From positions 451,001 to 515,000 of the forward strand of contig CAWENM010000002.1 in the NCBI GenBank assembly GCA_963810465.1: a DNA stretch of 64,000 nucleotides, given 5' to 3'. This DNA is from an uncultured Acidobacteriota bacterium (GTDB lineage: Bacteria > Actinomycetota > Acidimicrobiia > Spongiisociales > ZC4RG35). Positions 18,829-27,903 of the stretch are shown here, piece by piece. Every line of letters begins with the position of its first letter. Position 1 is the first letter of the stretch. The position numbers and the translations under genes were made by a program. The notes below the pieces were generated by a model. It saw nothing but the letters and a program-made list of their open reading frames with translations. It was not told the DNA's origin and ran no database searches.

Positions 18829-19784
18829 GCCCACCTCTGGAAGTGGAGCTGAAGATCGGTGCCGGCGCGGAAGAAGTGGGCCTCCACCTCGTCGGAGACC
18901 TCGTAGATCTCCTTCTGCAGCTCCTCGAGGAAAGGGTCGAGTCGTCCGTCGACAATTGTGGGGATGTCGGTGAACTCGGCATGGGCTCGCACCCGGCCCA
19001 CCGCCCGCTCCATGCTGGTCTGCTGACTCGAGCCGGCGAGCCGATCGATCAGACGCTCGACCTGCTGGAGGCAATAGAGGACGCTGCGAGGGAACTCCTG
19101 GTCGAGCAGCAGGAACTGGAGCACGTCGGTCGGGTCGAGGGAGGCGTCATGCGCCTTGAGATAGGCCTCGTAGGCCGAGACCGACTTGAGCACCGACACC
19201 CAGGCGTGAAACCCGGACTGGCCTTCGCCACCGGCGAGACGGGCATATCGGACGGAGAGGAGGCGGCAGGTCATCTCGGCGCGCTCGAGAAGAAGTCCCA
19301 GCAGCATGAAGCGATAGCCCTCGTCGCGGGGCATGGTCTGGGCGGCGACGCCGCTGATCAGCTGACACCTGCTCTTGATGCTCCGGAACACCTCGTAGGC
19401 CCGTCGGTCGAGATCGAGGTGGAAGTCGGCGCGGGCCAGATCGAGATGGAAGACATTGATCGCCTCCCACAACTCGGTCGAGATCCGGTCCCGCAGGCCG
19501 CGGGCGTTGTCACGGGCTCGTTCCACCGCCGAGATGATGGAGCCAGGGTTGTCGCGATCGGCAACCAGATAACTGCTGACGGCGCTGCTCTCCAACGGAC
19601 CGGTGTAGAGGGCATTCACAAATAGGACCTCGAGCAGCTCGCCCCAGGTGGTCTCCGCTCCGTCGCCCGGGGATTCGAGGAGGTTGTGATAGGTCACGTC
19701 GAGCATGCGGGCGGTGTCCTCGGCCCGCTCGACATAGCGACCCACCCAGAAGAGGTCCTCAGCGTGTCGTGACAGCATGCCCAC
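18825..19784 (-). CDS. alpha-E domain protein (DUF403)
   Basis: 319 aa, all-alpha. The N-terminal LFWVGRYVERAEDTARMLDV is typical of the alpha-E family that accompanies circularly permuted ATP-grasp enzymes. Confidence 0.75.
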   Translation of the reverse strand: MGMLSRHAEDLFWVGRYVERAEDTARMLDVTYHNLLESPGDGAETTWGELLEVLFVNALYTGPLESSAVSSYLVADRDNPGSIISAVERARDNARGLRDRISTELWEAINVFHLDLARADFHLDLDRRAYEVFRSIKSRCQLISGVAAQTMPRDEGYRFMLLGLLLERAEMTCRLLSVRYARLAGGEGQSGFHAWVSVLKSVSAYEAYLKAHDASLDPTDVLQFLLLDQEFPRSVLYCLQQVERLIDRLAGSSQQTSMERAVGRVRAHAEFTDIPTIVDGRLDPFLEELQKEIYEVSDEVEAHFFRAGTDLQLHFQRWA

Positions 19785-21195
19785 TCCCGTTGCTCAGCAC
19801 CCATGTGTCCTTGGACCCACCGCCCTGTGAGGAGTTGACGATCAGTGACCCCTTCCGCATCGCTACCCGTGTCAGCCCGCCCGGCACCACCTCGATCCTG
19901 TCCCCGCTGAGCACGAACGGGCGCAGGTCGACATGGCGAGGCTCGAGATGCCCGTCGACGAACGTGGGATGGGTGGAGAGCTGGACGATCTCCTGGGCGA
20001 TGTACCCCCTCGGGTTGGCGTGGAGCGCGCCGGCGGTGGCCTCGAGGGTGGCCTCGTCGGCCACGCTGCCGATCACGATCCCGTATCCGCCGGCCTCGGC
20101 CACCGGCTTGACCACCAGCTGGTCGAGGCGGCTCAGGATGAGCTCGAGCTGGTCCGGCTCCCAGGGGAGATACGTGGTGACATTGGGGAGAATCGGTTCC
20201 TCGCCCAGGTAGTAGTCGATGAGAGCGGGGATGTAGGGATACACGCCCTTGTCGTCGACCGCCCCATTCCCGATTGCGTTGGCGACGGTCACCGAGCCCG
20301 CCCGGGCCGCACCGTGCAGACCCGGGACGCCGAGGAGGCTGTCCTGGCGGAAGACGACAGGGTCGAGGAACTCGTCGTTGACCCGGCGGTAGATCACATC
20401 GACACGTTTGAGTCCTTTGGTGGTGCGCATGAAGACTTGGCGATCGTCGACCAGGAGGTCACGGCCTTCCACCAGCTCGATGCCCATCTGCCGGGCGAGG
20501 AATGCGTGCTCGAAGTATGCAGAGTTGGCCACCCCGGGGGTCAGAACAACCACGGTGGGATCGTCGGCGTTGGGTGGGGCGATGGCGCGCAGGGCACGAA
20601 GCAGCGACGCCCCATAGTGGTCGACGGGCCGGATGACGTGGCTGGCGAAACCGACCGGGAGGATCCGGGTCATCGCCACCCTGTTCTCGAGGACATAGGA
20701 GATCCCGCTCGGCACTCGCAGATTGTCCTCGAGCACGCGATACGTCCCCTCGTCGTCGCGGACGATGTCGATCCCGGCCACCACGCAGCGAGAGCCTCGA
20801 GGGGCGGGGATGCCGTGGGCCTCGCGGACATATCCGTCCGCCGACTCGACCAGCCAGCGGGGGATGATCCCGTCGTTGATCGCCTGCTGACCGCCGACGT
20901 AGAGATCGTCGAGGAAGCGGTTGAGGACGGTCACCCGCTGTACCAGCCCGGACTCGATATGGCTCCACTCATCGGAGGGGATGATCCGGGGCACCAGGTC
21001 CATCGGCCAGGTGCGCTCGAGACCGCCCTCGTGACCGGTGACGGCGAAGGTGATGCCGAGCGTGCGAAAGAAGGAATCGAGCAGCCCGAGACGGTCGCTG
21101 AGCTCGGCGTCTCCGATCTCGGCGAGACGATTCATCAAGGCCTCGTAGTGAGGACGTACGCCGTCGGGGCCGTGAACCTCGTCGAAGCTGCCCAT
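19759..21195 (-). CDS. circularly permuted ATP-grasp (type 2) amidoligase-family protein
   Basis: ATG at 21195 (MGSFDEVHGPDGVRPHYEAL). This is the roughly 480-aa family found with alpha-E and transglutaminase genes. The ORF's upstream 50 codons are rejected. Confidence 0.8.
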   Translation of the reverse strand: MGSFDEVHGPDGVRPHYEALMNRLAEIGDAELSDRLGLLDSFFRTLGITFAVTGHEGGLERTWPMDLVPRIIPSDEWSHIESGLVQRVTVLNRFLDDLYVGGQQAINDGIIPRWLVESADGYVREAHGIPAPRGSRCVVAGIDIVRDDEGTYRVLEDNLRVPSGISYVLENRVAMTRILPVGFASHVIRPVDHYGASLLRALRAIAPPNADDPTVVVLTPGVANSAYFEHAFLARQMGIELVEGRDLLVDDRQVFMRTTKGLKRVDVIYRRVNDEFLDPVVFRQDSLLGVPGLHGAARAGSVTVANAIGNGAVDDKGVYPYIPALIDYYLGEEPILPNVTTYLPWEPDQLELILSRLDQLVVKPVAEAGGYGIVIGSVADEATLEATAGALHANPRGYIAQEIVQLSTHPTFVDGHLEPRHVDLRPFVLSGDRIEVVPGGLTRVAMRKGSLIVNSSQGGGSKDTWVLSNGSGHAVTTR

Positions 21196-21242
21196 CGGCG
21201 AAGTGTATTGAGGGCGTTGTTCCCGAATTGTCTCGGTGCAGG

Positions 21243-21620
21243 TCAGATGTTGGCCAGCGGGTGCCCGGTGTCGGCCCGGACTTCGGTCCCGCAGAACTGG
21301 CAGTTCCGCAGACCCGGCGCCACCTTGGACTGGCAGGATGGGCACTCAACGATTAGGTCGCGAACTCGCTCGTCGTCGACTCCGTCCTGGAGATCGAGCT
21401 CGTTGATCTTCTCCATGAGCCGCTCCGGGGTGATCCCTTGCTCTTCGAGGAGGGCCAGGGTCGCCCGCATGATCATCACCAGGCGGTCGATTCGCTCGTT
21501 CAGGTCTTCGATCCGGTTGGTGTGGTGGGTCCCGTCGGCGACGGCGGCGCTTCGCGCCAGTGACGCAGCCTTCGCTGCCGAGGACTGGCCCATGCTGTAA
21601 CCGAGATAGAACTCGAGCAT
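21243..21620 (-). CDS. small protein with C-terminal CxxC...CxxC zinc ribbon
   Basis: Start taken at ATG 21620 (an alternative ATG lies at 21593). Helical N-terminal part, then ECPSCQSKVAPGLRNCQFCG. 48 nt upstream of the ATP-grasp gene on the same strand. Confidence 0.5.
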   Translation of the reverse strand: MLEFYLGYSMGQSSAAKAASLARSAAVADGTHHTNRIEDLNERIDRLVMIMRATLALLEEQGITPERLMEKINELDLQDGVDDERVRDLIVECPSCQSKVAPGLRNCQFCGTEVRADTGHPLANI

Positions 21621-21727
21621 GCTCCAGGTATCGGCCTGGAATCGTGTTTGGTGAAGCCCGAGGCGAACCCATTCCAAACCAACGCCAGATGCCGTACGCT
21701 CATCTCCAGTAACGAAGAGGACGACAG

Positions 21728-21946
21728 ATGGCTGAGGACTACCCCCCGATCCTCGACGCGGCGCAGGTGGCGGAGTTGCTGGGAATGAACGTGCAAATGG
21801 TTCGGCGCTACGCCAGGGAAGGGCGGTTGCCCGCCTACAAGCTCCCCGGTGGCCGGACCTTCAAGTTCTTCCGGGACGAGATCTACGAATTCGTCCGGGC
21901 CCACCCGGTGACAGCGGAGACCGAAGATGTCAGAAGCGAGATGTAG
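21728..21946 (+). CDS. excisionase-family helix-turn-helix DNA-binding protein
   Basis: 72 aa; LDAAQVAELLGMNVQMVRRYAREGRLPAYKLPGGRTFKFFRDEI is the MerR-like Xis-family HTH. Confidence 0.7.
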   Translation: MAEDYPPILDAAQVAELLGMNVQMVRRYAREGRLPAYKLPGGRTFKFFRDEIYEFVRAHPVTAETEDVRSEM

Positions 21947-22460
21947 AGCGGATAACAGCGACGACCTGTCGGATAGGGACCACGATGGTGTTCCCGTCCT
22001 GGGTCAGTTCGACGTGATCGGTGGCCACCACATCGACGGACCCGACGATTGCTCTTCCATCGACGACGACGATTCGAACCGGCTCGACAGTCGCCGCGAT
22101 CTCGGCGAGCCGGGCCCGGAACGTGAGCTTGTCACCGCTCTGCTCGCTGCCACCCGTCTCGCTGCGCTCCACTGTCCACACCGCCGAGTCGAGGACCACT
22201 TCGACGACGTCATCGCCGCGGTCGATGCTGGCAAAGTCGGCGCCGGCGTAAACGACGCGGCCGGAGAAAGTGTGGGCTCCGGTCTCGGCGCGCACTCGCT
22301 CCCCGCGGTGAACCAGCTCGAGGACTCGCCCGGAGAGATCGAGCCTCCTCCTCCGGAGCAGCTCGGTCAGCTTCTCGTCCTCGGCGGCCTCCTCCAACCA
22401 CTCACGCCCAGCTCCCTGGCGAAGGTGGGACTCGACATCCCGATCCGGTGTTTGTTCCAT
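21930..22460 (-). CDS. hypothetical protein
   Basis: 176-aa ORF with GC3-rich codon usage and no TM segment or recognisable family. Sits between the HTH gene and cpaB. Confidence 0.4.
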   Translation of the reverse strand: MEQTPDRDVESHLRQGAGREWLEEAAEDEKLTELLRRRRLDLSGRVLELVHRGERVRAETGAHTFSGRVVYAGADFASIDRGDDVVEVVLDSAVWTVERSETGGSEQSGDKLTFRARLAEIAATVEPVRIVVVDGRAIVGSVDVVATDHVELTQDGNTIVVPIRQVVAVIRSTSRF

Positions 22461-22514
22461 CTACTTTCGCGCTCTCGACATCGAATGCAGGTCCGACGAT
22501 AGGTTCACGGCGAA

Positions 22515-23195
22515 TTGGCGACGAGTCCCTCTGCTCTGACGAGGGAAGCGGGCACCTCGGCACCGACCGTCCGGTCGGCTCGCTATCGACCTTCGCTGTC
22601 TCATTTGGCGATCGCTGTCGCTGTCGTCCTTGCCTTCGTCCTCAACTATCTCGCGCTTCAGAGTCGGGAAGCCACGACGTTGGTCGCCATAGCCGAGTCG
22701 TCGATCGCGGCCGGCTCTTCCCTCACCCCTGATCTCGTTCGATTTGCACCCTTGCCGGCTGACTTCGAAGGCATCGGACACTTGGTGAGGGAGGCCGATC
22801 TGGCAGATCTCGAAGGATGGATCGTCGGTCGCTCGGTCCGCGAGGGGGAGTTGATCGACCGCTCCCTCGTCGTCCGACCCGGCACCGGCGACGGGCTTCG
22901 CACGATGAGCATCCCGGTCCCGATCGAGCACGCCGCAGGAGCGACATTGGTGGTTGGCGATCGCGTGGACGTGATATCGATCGTTGGCGAGGAGCCGGTC
23001 TTCGTCGCAACCGACCTCGAAGTCGTCAGCATCGCCGACAGCACGCAGACCGGGCTGTCGGCAACGGGTCCCTATCACGTTGTGGTCGGGGTGAGCCCAC
23101 AACAAGCTCTGGCGCTGGCCCGTGCGATCGCTGATGGTTCCCTGGAGATCGTGCGTTCCACCGGCGCCGATGTTCTCGAAGAGGCAGACGGGTGA
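22515..23195 (+). CDS. cpaB: Flp pilus assembly protein CpaB/RcpC (SAF domain)
   Basis: 226 aa; N-terminal TM (LSHLAIAVAVVLAFVLNYLAL) followed by a beta-rich SAF-like domain. TTG start. The stop overlaps the tadZ GTG (GTGA). Confidence 0.75.
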   Translation: MATSPSALTREAGTSAPTVRSARYRPSLSHLAIAVAVVLAFVLNYLALQSREATTLVAIAESSIAAGSSLTPDLVRFAPLPADFEGIGHLVREADLADLEGWIVGRSVREGELIDRSLVVRPGTGDGLRTMSIPVPIEHAAGATLVVGDRVDVISIVGEEPVFVATDLEVVSIADSTQTGLSATGPYHVVVGVSPQQALALARAIADGSLEIVRSTGADVLEEADG

Positions 23196-24295
23196 CGACC
23201 GGTCCGCAGCTGGCGCTGGCCGCCTCCGCACGAGGCTGGCCGGACCGCCTTCACCGGTTCTTGCTCGATCATGGTGGAGGGAGAGTCCGCTCGCGGGTCA
23301 TGGGCCCGGATCAGGCGATGGCTGATCAGTACGAAGTCTTGTTCATCGACGACGTCTGCTCGTTCCTCACCCCACGCCTGGTCAGAACGGTTCGGGAAAT
23401 AGGACGGGAGATCGTCGGGGTGTACGACCCGGTCGATGCTCACGACGCCAAGCGGCACCTACTCGAGTGCGGTATCACCGACGTGATCGAACAGGATGCG
23501 GCTCCGGAGGAGTTCCTGGCGGCGGCCGAGGCCACCTTGCTCCATCGGGGAGACGCACCGTCGCCAGCAGTCGTCCCCGCGCCACGTTCGTTTCGTGTCG
23601 GTGTGCTCGGACCCATAGGTGGAGTGGGCTGCACCGAAATCGCGATTGGGATCGCCGCCAGCCTGTCTCTCTCGCGATCCACCCTGCTCATCGACTTGGA
23701 CGAGAGGACGCCGTCAGTGGCGCAGCGTCTCGACCTCCCATTGCATCCGAATCTCCTCACGGCCCTCGAGGCGGCCCATCACGTCTCTGGTTCGGTCAAT
23801 GAGGCGATCCTCGACCGTGGTCCAGTCGACGTGATCGGCGGGCTGGTCAACACGTTGTCGGCCCAGGACATCCCGCCCGTCGAGATCGAAGGGGTCCTCG
23901 ACGAGGTCGGAAGGGCCGGCTACGAAGTGGTGGTCGCCGATCTGGGAAGCCCGCGCCCTGACCGCCTCGACTATGTCCGTTTTCACGTCTTGATCGTGGT
24001 CGGTCTGGGAAATCCGGTGGGAATGTCACGGTTGGTGCGATCCGTCCAGGACCTGTCCTCGAGGACCGACGCGCCTGACACTGTCGCGCTGGTCAACCGT
24101 GTCGCCGCTGGGAGTCGCCGCCGTCTTGAGATGCGGGCAGAGATGGCCCGTCTGCTTCCGGCGGTGCCTTTGATTCTCGTGCCTGAGGAAAAGCGCCTCG
24201 AGCGCGCGTGCTGGGATGGCACCGCCATCGGGCGAGGTCCATTCGTCAAATCGGTGAGCCGTGTGGCGTCCCTGATCGATCGAGCGGCGGGATGA
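23192..24295 (+). CDS. tadZ: TadZ/CpaE-like pilus assembly protein (ParA/MinD fold, degenerate Walker A)
   Basis: 367 aa; receiver-like N-domain plus ParA-like domain in which the P-loop reads GPIGGVGCTEIA (canonical KGGVGKTT, with the Lys position occupied by Cys). Confidence 0.75.
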   Translation: MTTGPQLALAASARGWPDRLHRFLLDHGGGRVRSRVMGPDQAMADQYEVLFIDDVCSFLTPRLVRTVREIGREIVGVYDPVDAHDAKRHLLECGITDVIEQDAAPEEFLAAAEATLLHRGDAPSPAVVPAPRSFRVGVLGPIGGVGCTEIAIGIAASLSLSRSTLLIDLDERTPSVAQRLDLPLHPNLLTALEAAHHVSGSVNEAILDRGPVDVIGGLVNTLSAQDIPPVEIEGVLDEVGRAGYEVVVADLGSPRPDRLDYVRFHVLIVVGLGNPVGMSRLVRSVQDLSSRTDAPDTVALVNRVAAGSRRRLEMRAEMARLLPAVPLILVPEEKRLERACWDGTAIGRGPFVKSVSRVASLIDRAAG

Positions 24296-25563
24296 CGGTC
24301 GACGCCTATCACGAGATCAGGAGGCGAGCCCTCGAAAGAATCGACGGATCCGGGCTCGACCCGCAGCGAGACACGGCCCGGCTCGTCGAGCTGCTGCGGG
24401 CCACCGTCGACGACTATCAGCGACACGCACATATGGGTGAGACGCGATCGCTGGCAGACCCCGATGCGACAGTCCGCCGCCTGCTCCAATCCGTGTCCTA
24501 CTTCGGACCGCTGGGGGATCTTCTCGACCGCGAGGATGTGGAGGAGATCTTCATCGAGGGCGACCGAGTGACCTTTCTCGAAGCCGGGGGTCGGCTTCGT
24601 GGGTTGGATGTGCCGAGCTCCGAGTCGGAGAATCGCCAGGTAGTCGAGCGGCTGATGGCAGCCACCGATCGGCGGCTCGATGCGTCGCACCCTGTGTCCC
24701 AGGCTCGAATCCTCGATGGGTCGGCCCGCCTGACTGCGGTGATCCCGCCGGTGTCCGACCATCTCTCCGCCACCATCCGCCGTTACGCGCTCCGGAAGGA
24801 GACTCTCGCCTCCTTGGTCGAGCTCGGGTCGCTGACCCGCGGAGCAGCGGACTTCCTCAGTCTCGCCATGCGGGCGTCGACCTCCGTGATCGTGAGTGGC
24901 CCGCCCGGAGCCGGCAAGACCTCGTTCCTCTCTGCACTGATCGCCGCCGTCCCATCCGATCACTGCGTTCGGGCATGCGAGGAGATCCGGGAGTTGCACG
25001 TCCCGATCGTCCATGGGTCGTATTACGAGGCCCGGCCCCCATCGTTGGACGGAGGCGGGGAGATCAGCCTGCGGCAACTGGTCAAGGCCACACTCGCTAT
25101 GCGCCCCGACCTGATAGTCGTCGGCGAGGTCAGGGGAGGAGAGGCTTTCGAGTTGACTCGGGCAGTCAACGCCGGCTGCGGACTGGCATGCACCATCCAC
25201 GCCAACTCGGCGCCAGATGCCCTCGATGCCCTGGTCAACGCCGCGCTCATGGCCGGGGAGAACATCCCGGAGCGGGTCGTCCGGAAGGTCTTTGCTTCAT
25301 CGATCGATCTGGTCATCCATCTCGAGCGTGACATCGAACCGACCGACGGCGGCATCCGGCGAAGAACGATGGAGATCCGGGCTCTGGTCCCGTCTCTTCA
25401 CGAGGACTTCTCATCGGAGTCTCTGTTCCGGCGGGATCGCCTGGGTGGCCCGCTCGAATGGACTGGCTCGATGCCGCCGCAGTCCCTCGTTCGGCGCCTC
25501 GAGCGCGCGCTCACCGGGCAGACCAACTTGACCCAGGTGTTGGAGGGAGTAGCCAGTTGGTGA
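24292..25563 (+). CDS. tadA: Flp pilus assembly ATPase TadA/CpaF
   Basis: ATG at 24292 overlaps the tadZ stop (ATGA). Walker A GPPGAGKTS, and the Asp/His boxes of secretion ATPases. Confidence 0.9.
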   Translation: MTVDAYHEIRRRALERIDGSGLDPQRDTARLVELLRATVDDYQRHAHMGETRSLADPDATVRRLLQSVSYFGPLGDLLDREDVEEIFIEGDRVTFLEAGGRLRGLDVPSSESENRQVVERLMAATDRRLDASHPVSQARILDGSARLTAVIPPVSDHLSATIRRYALRKETLASLVELGSLTRGAADFLSLAMRASTSVIVSGPPGAGKTSFLSALIAAVPSDHCVRACEEIRELHVPIVHGSYYEARPPSLDGGGEISLRQLVKATLAMRPDLIVVGEVRGGEAFELTRAVNAGCGLACTIHANSAPDALDALVNAALMAGENIPERVVRKVFASSIDLVIHLERDIEPTDGGIRRRTMEIRALVPSLHEDFSSESLFRRDRLGGPLEWTGSMPPQSLVRRLERALTGQTNLTQVLEGVASW

Positions 25564-26426
25564 CGCTCGCTGCCGCCGTGGCGACTTCGCTGGCAGTGGC
25601 GCTCGTTTTCAGATGGGTGATGGTCGGCGTGAGAAGTCGGAACCGGCCCAAGCCAAAGAGGGCGGGATGGCTGAAGGAATCCGGGCTCGACATCACTCCC
25701 GGGCAGTTCTGGCTTGCTTCGCTCGGTGCCGGGTTCGGGACGTACGCAGTCGTATTCGCACTGACATCGCTTCCGATCGTTTCGCTGATGCCGTCCGTGG
25801 TTGTGGCAACCCTGCCCAAGGCGTACTTCTCTCGCAAGCGAGCCCAGCGGCTCGATGATGTGCAACGGGCATGGCCCGACGGGCTCCGCGACCTCCTGGC
25901 GTCGGTCAGATCGGGGGCGTCGCTTCCCACCGCTATCGAAGGTCTGGCCTCGTTCGGCCCGGCTCCTCTGCGGGTCGCCTTTCAAGGCTTCCCCGTGTAT
26001 TCGCACAGTCTCGGTGTCGTGCCCGCGCTCGAGATGATCAAGTCCGATCTGGCTGACCCGACCTCTGATCGTGTCATCGAAGTGCTGATCCTGGCCTACG
26101 AGCGGGGGGGCACGGTCGTGCCCGAGATTCTCTCAGATCTGGCCGATGCGACAACCAAGGACTTGTGGACCTTGGAGGAGATCCGCACCGACGCGCTCGA
26201 GCAGAAGATCAACTCGCGCATCGTGTTCATCCTTCCCTGGCTGGTCTTGGTGGCGATGACCGCCAGGGCGGGGCCATTTCGCGAGTTCTACGCGTCACCG
26301 ATGGGTGTGCTGGTTGCCGTCATCGGCGGGGTGATGAGCTTGGTCGGAGTGGTCATCGCCTCGAGACTCGGAGCTCAGCCGGCAGAGCCCAGGGTGTTCG
26401 TGTCGGCGCGGGGTGGTGGGGAGTGA
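25560..26426 (+). CDS. tadB: Flp pilus assembly membrane protein TadB
   Basis: GTG at 25560 overlapping the tadA TGA (GTGA). Polytopic membrane protein of the T2SS-F-like TadB family. Confidence 0.8.
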   Translation: MTLAAAVATSLAVALVFRWVMVGVRSRNRPKPKRAGWLKESGLDITPGQFWLASLGAGFGTYAVVFALTSLPIVSLMPSVVVATLPKAYFSRKRAQRLDDVQRAWPDGLRDLLASVRSGASLPTAIEGLASFGPAPLRVAFQGFPVYSHSLGVVPALEMIKSDLADPTSDRVIEVLILAYERGGTVVPEILSDLADATTKDLWTLEEIRTDALEQKINSRIVFILPWLVLVAMTARAGPFREFYASPMGVLVAVIGGVMSLVGVVIASRLGAQPAEPRVFVSARGGGE

Positions 26427-27349
26427 CGCTTACACCAGTCGTGCTGGCTGCAGCCGGGAGCACCGCCCTGGCTGCGGGCCTCGTGCTCTACGCCCTATTC
26501 CCCCCGGCTCGCAGCCTCGCCTCGAGGATCGTTCCCTACCTGAACCCGTCCGGTACGACGTCCCGCCGCGCCCCGACCGGCGGGCCGCTCGCCGTGGTGT
26601 TCGGGCCCATGTTTCGCTCGCTTGCGGCATCGGTGGGACGAGTGCTGGAGAGATCCGGGGAGAACGTGACGATTCTCGAGCTGCGGCAGGCGGGTTGGTA
26701 CCGGGAGGTGCCCGAGGAGGAAACCGTGCCGGCGTTTCGCATGGCCCAGCTTCGGACAATCTCCATCGCTGCCGGGTTGGCATTCCTCGTCGGGATGGTG
26801 CTGGGTTCCTCTCCTGTCCAACGCATCGTCCTCGTGGTTCTGGGCGTCGTGATCGGGGCGACTCGTCAGAGGGCATCTCTGCAATCGGCCATCGAGCGAA
26901 GGCGCGAGACGATGTGCATCGAGATCTACACGGTGAATCAGCTCCTCGCCATGCGGGTCCGGGCCGGAGGTGGCGTGGTGCACGCCGTCCAGGACGTGGT
27001 TCGTCGCGGAGAAGGCGAAGTCGTCGGCGAGCTCGCCGATGCACTCCGCTTGCATCGGGCGGGATGGCGCGCCGCCGATGCGTTTCGGCGGATCGCCGAG
27101 TTGACCCCGGAGCCGTTCTGCGGCCGCACCTACCGACTTCTGGCGACCGCCGAGGAGAGGGGAGCGGATCTCGCCCCGGCTCTTCTCGATCTGGCGGAGG
27201 ACGTCAGGGAGACACGTCGCGAGACAATGAGGCGATCGGCGACCAAACGCAGGGCAGCCATGTTGGTGCCAACGATCGCCATCCTGGCCCCAGTCCTTCT
27301 GCTCTTTGTGGCGGCGCCTCTTCCCTATCTGATCACTGGCTGGCGATGA
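26423..27349 (+). CDS. tadC: Flp pilus assembly membrane protein TadC
   Basis: GTG at 26423 overlapping the tadB TGA. T2SS-F-like fold with a C-terminal TM helix. Confidence 0.8.
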   Translation: MTLTPVVLAAAGSTALAAGLVLYALFPPARSLASRIVPYLNPSGTTSRRAPTGGPLAVVFGPMFRSLAASVGRVLERSGENVTILELRQAGWYREVPEEETVPAFRMAQLRTISIAAGLAFLVGMVLGSSPVQRIVLVVLGVVIGATRQRASLQSAIERRRETMCIEIYTVNQLLAMRVRAGGGVVHAVQDVVRRGEGEVVGELADALRLHRAGWRAADAFRRIAELTPEPFCGRTYRLLATAEERGADLAPALLDLAEDVRETRRETMRRSATKRRAAMLVPTIAILAPVLLLFVAAPLPYLITGWR

Positions 27350-27361
27350 AAGGAGGTTGAC

Positions 27362-27541
27362 ATGCTGGCCCTCAAGCAATGGCTCCAGGACGCGTGGGGC
27401 GACGACCGGGGACTGAACACCGCCGAGTTGATGGGGAACGCCGCTCTGGCGATTGCCGCACTCGTGGTGATCTGGGGCGCTCTTCAGGCACTTGGCGTGG
27501 ACATCGTCGGTTGGATCCGCTCGCAGCTGATCGGAGGCTGA
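27362..27541 (+). CDS. flp: Flp/Fap-family pilin precursor (59 aa; not in supplied ORF track)
   Basis: ATG 27362 is preceded by AAAGGAGG 7 nt upstream. The protein is MLALKQWLQDAWGDDRG|LNTAELMGNAALAIAALVVIWGALQALGVDIVGWIRSQLIGG: leader, then G with E at +5 (Flp G/xxxxEY-like cleavage motif), then a hydrophobic helix. Position after tadC matches the Bifidobacterium-type tad locus order. Confidence 0.7.
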   Translation: MLALKQWLQDAWGDDRGLNTAELMGNAALAIAALVVIWGALQALGVDIVGWIRSQLIGG

Positions 27542-27903
27542 GGGACCGGGGGGTCACCTCGGTTCAGTTCCTCCTTGCCAGCGGGCTGGGACTGCTGTTG
27601 TTTCTCGCCCTGGCCAATCTCGTTGTTGTTCAGTACGGACGGGGTGCCCTGCGGTCTGCGCTCGACCAGGGAGCCCGGGTGGGTGCGGTCAGCTCGTCGG
27701 AGGAGGAATGCCGGCAGAGGATCGAGGCCGTCCTCGGTCAGTTGCTCGGCGGCCGCATGGGCGATTCGGTCGTGACCGCCTGTGGGGTCGGGCCGGCGGT
27801 CGTGACTGCCTCCGGCCGCGCCGTGTTCGTCTCCTGGACCCCGTTCACTACCGATTTCGTCATCGAGATGACAGCACAGGCCACGAGGGAGTCACCACCA
27901 TGA
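27511..27903 (+). CDS. tadE: TadE-like pseudopilin (start uncertain)
   Basis: TadE N-domain ...RDRG|VTSVQFLLASGLGLLLFLALANLVVVQYGRGALRSALDQGARVGA. The only in-frame near-cognate starts after flp are TTG 27511 and CTG 27538. The ATG at 27379 would overlap flp entirely and is rejected. Confidence 0.55.
   Translation: MDPLAADRRLRDRGVTSVQFLLASGLGLLLFLALANLVVVQYGRGALRSALDQGARVGAVSSSEEECRQRIEAVLGQLLGGRMGDSVVTACGVGPAVVTASGRAVFVSWTPFTTDFVIEMTAQATRESPP

Noticed and set aside
14186-21620. Possibility that Bpa or the zinc-ribbon protein is a Pup-like tag for the ATP-grasp ligase
   Set aside because: Neither ends in the Pup C-terminal GGQ or GGE. Bpa shows clear similarity to the proteasome activator, not to Pup. 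The zinc-ribbon protein ends ...HPLANI.
27379-27903. ATG at 27379 as the start of the post-flp pseudopilin (174-aa ORF)
   Set aside because: It would make a 58-aa leader and overlap the entire flp gene in another frame. The TadE-like domain begins only after the flp stop, so a near-cognate start at 27511 or 27538 is more plausible.
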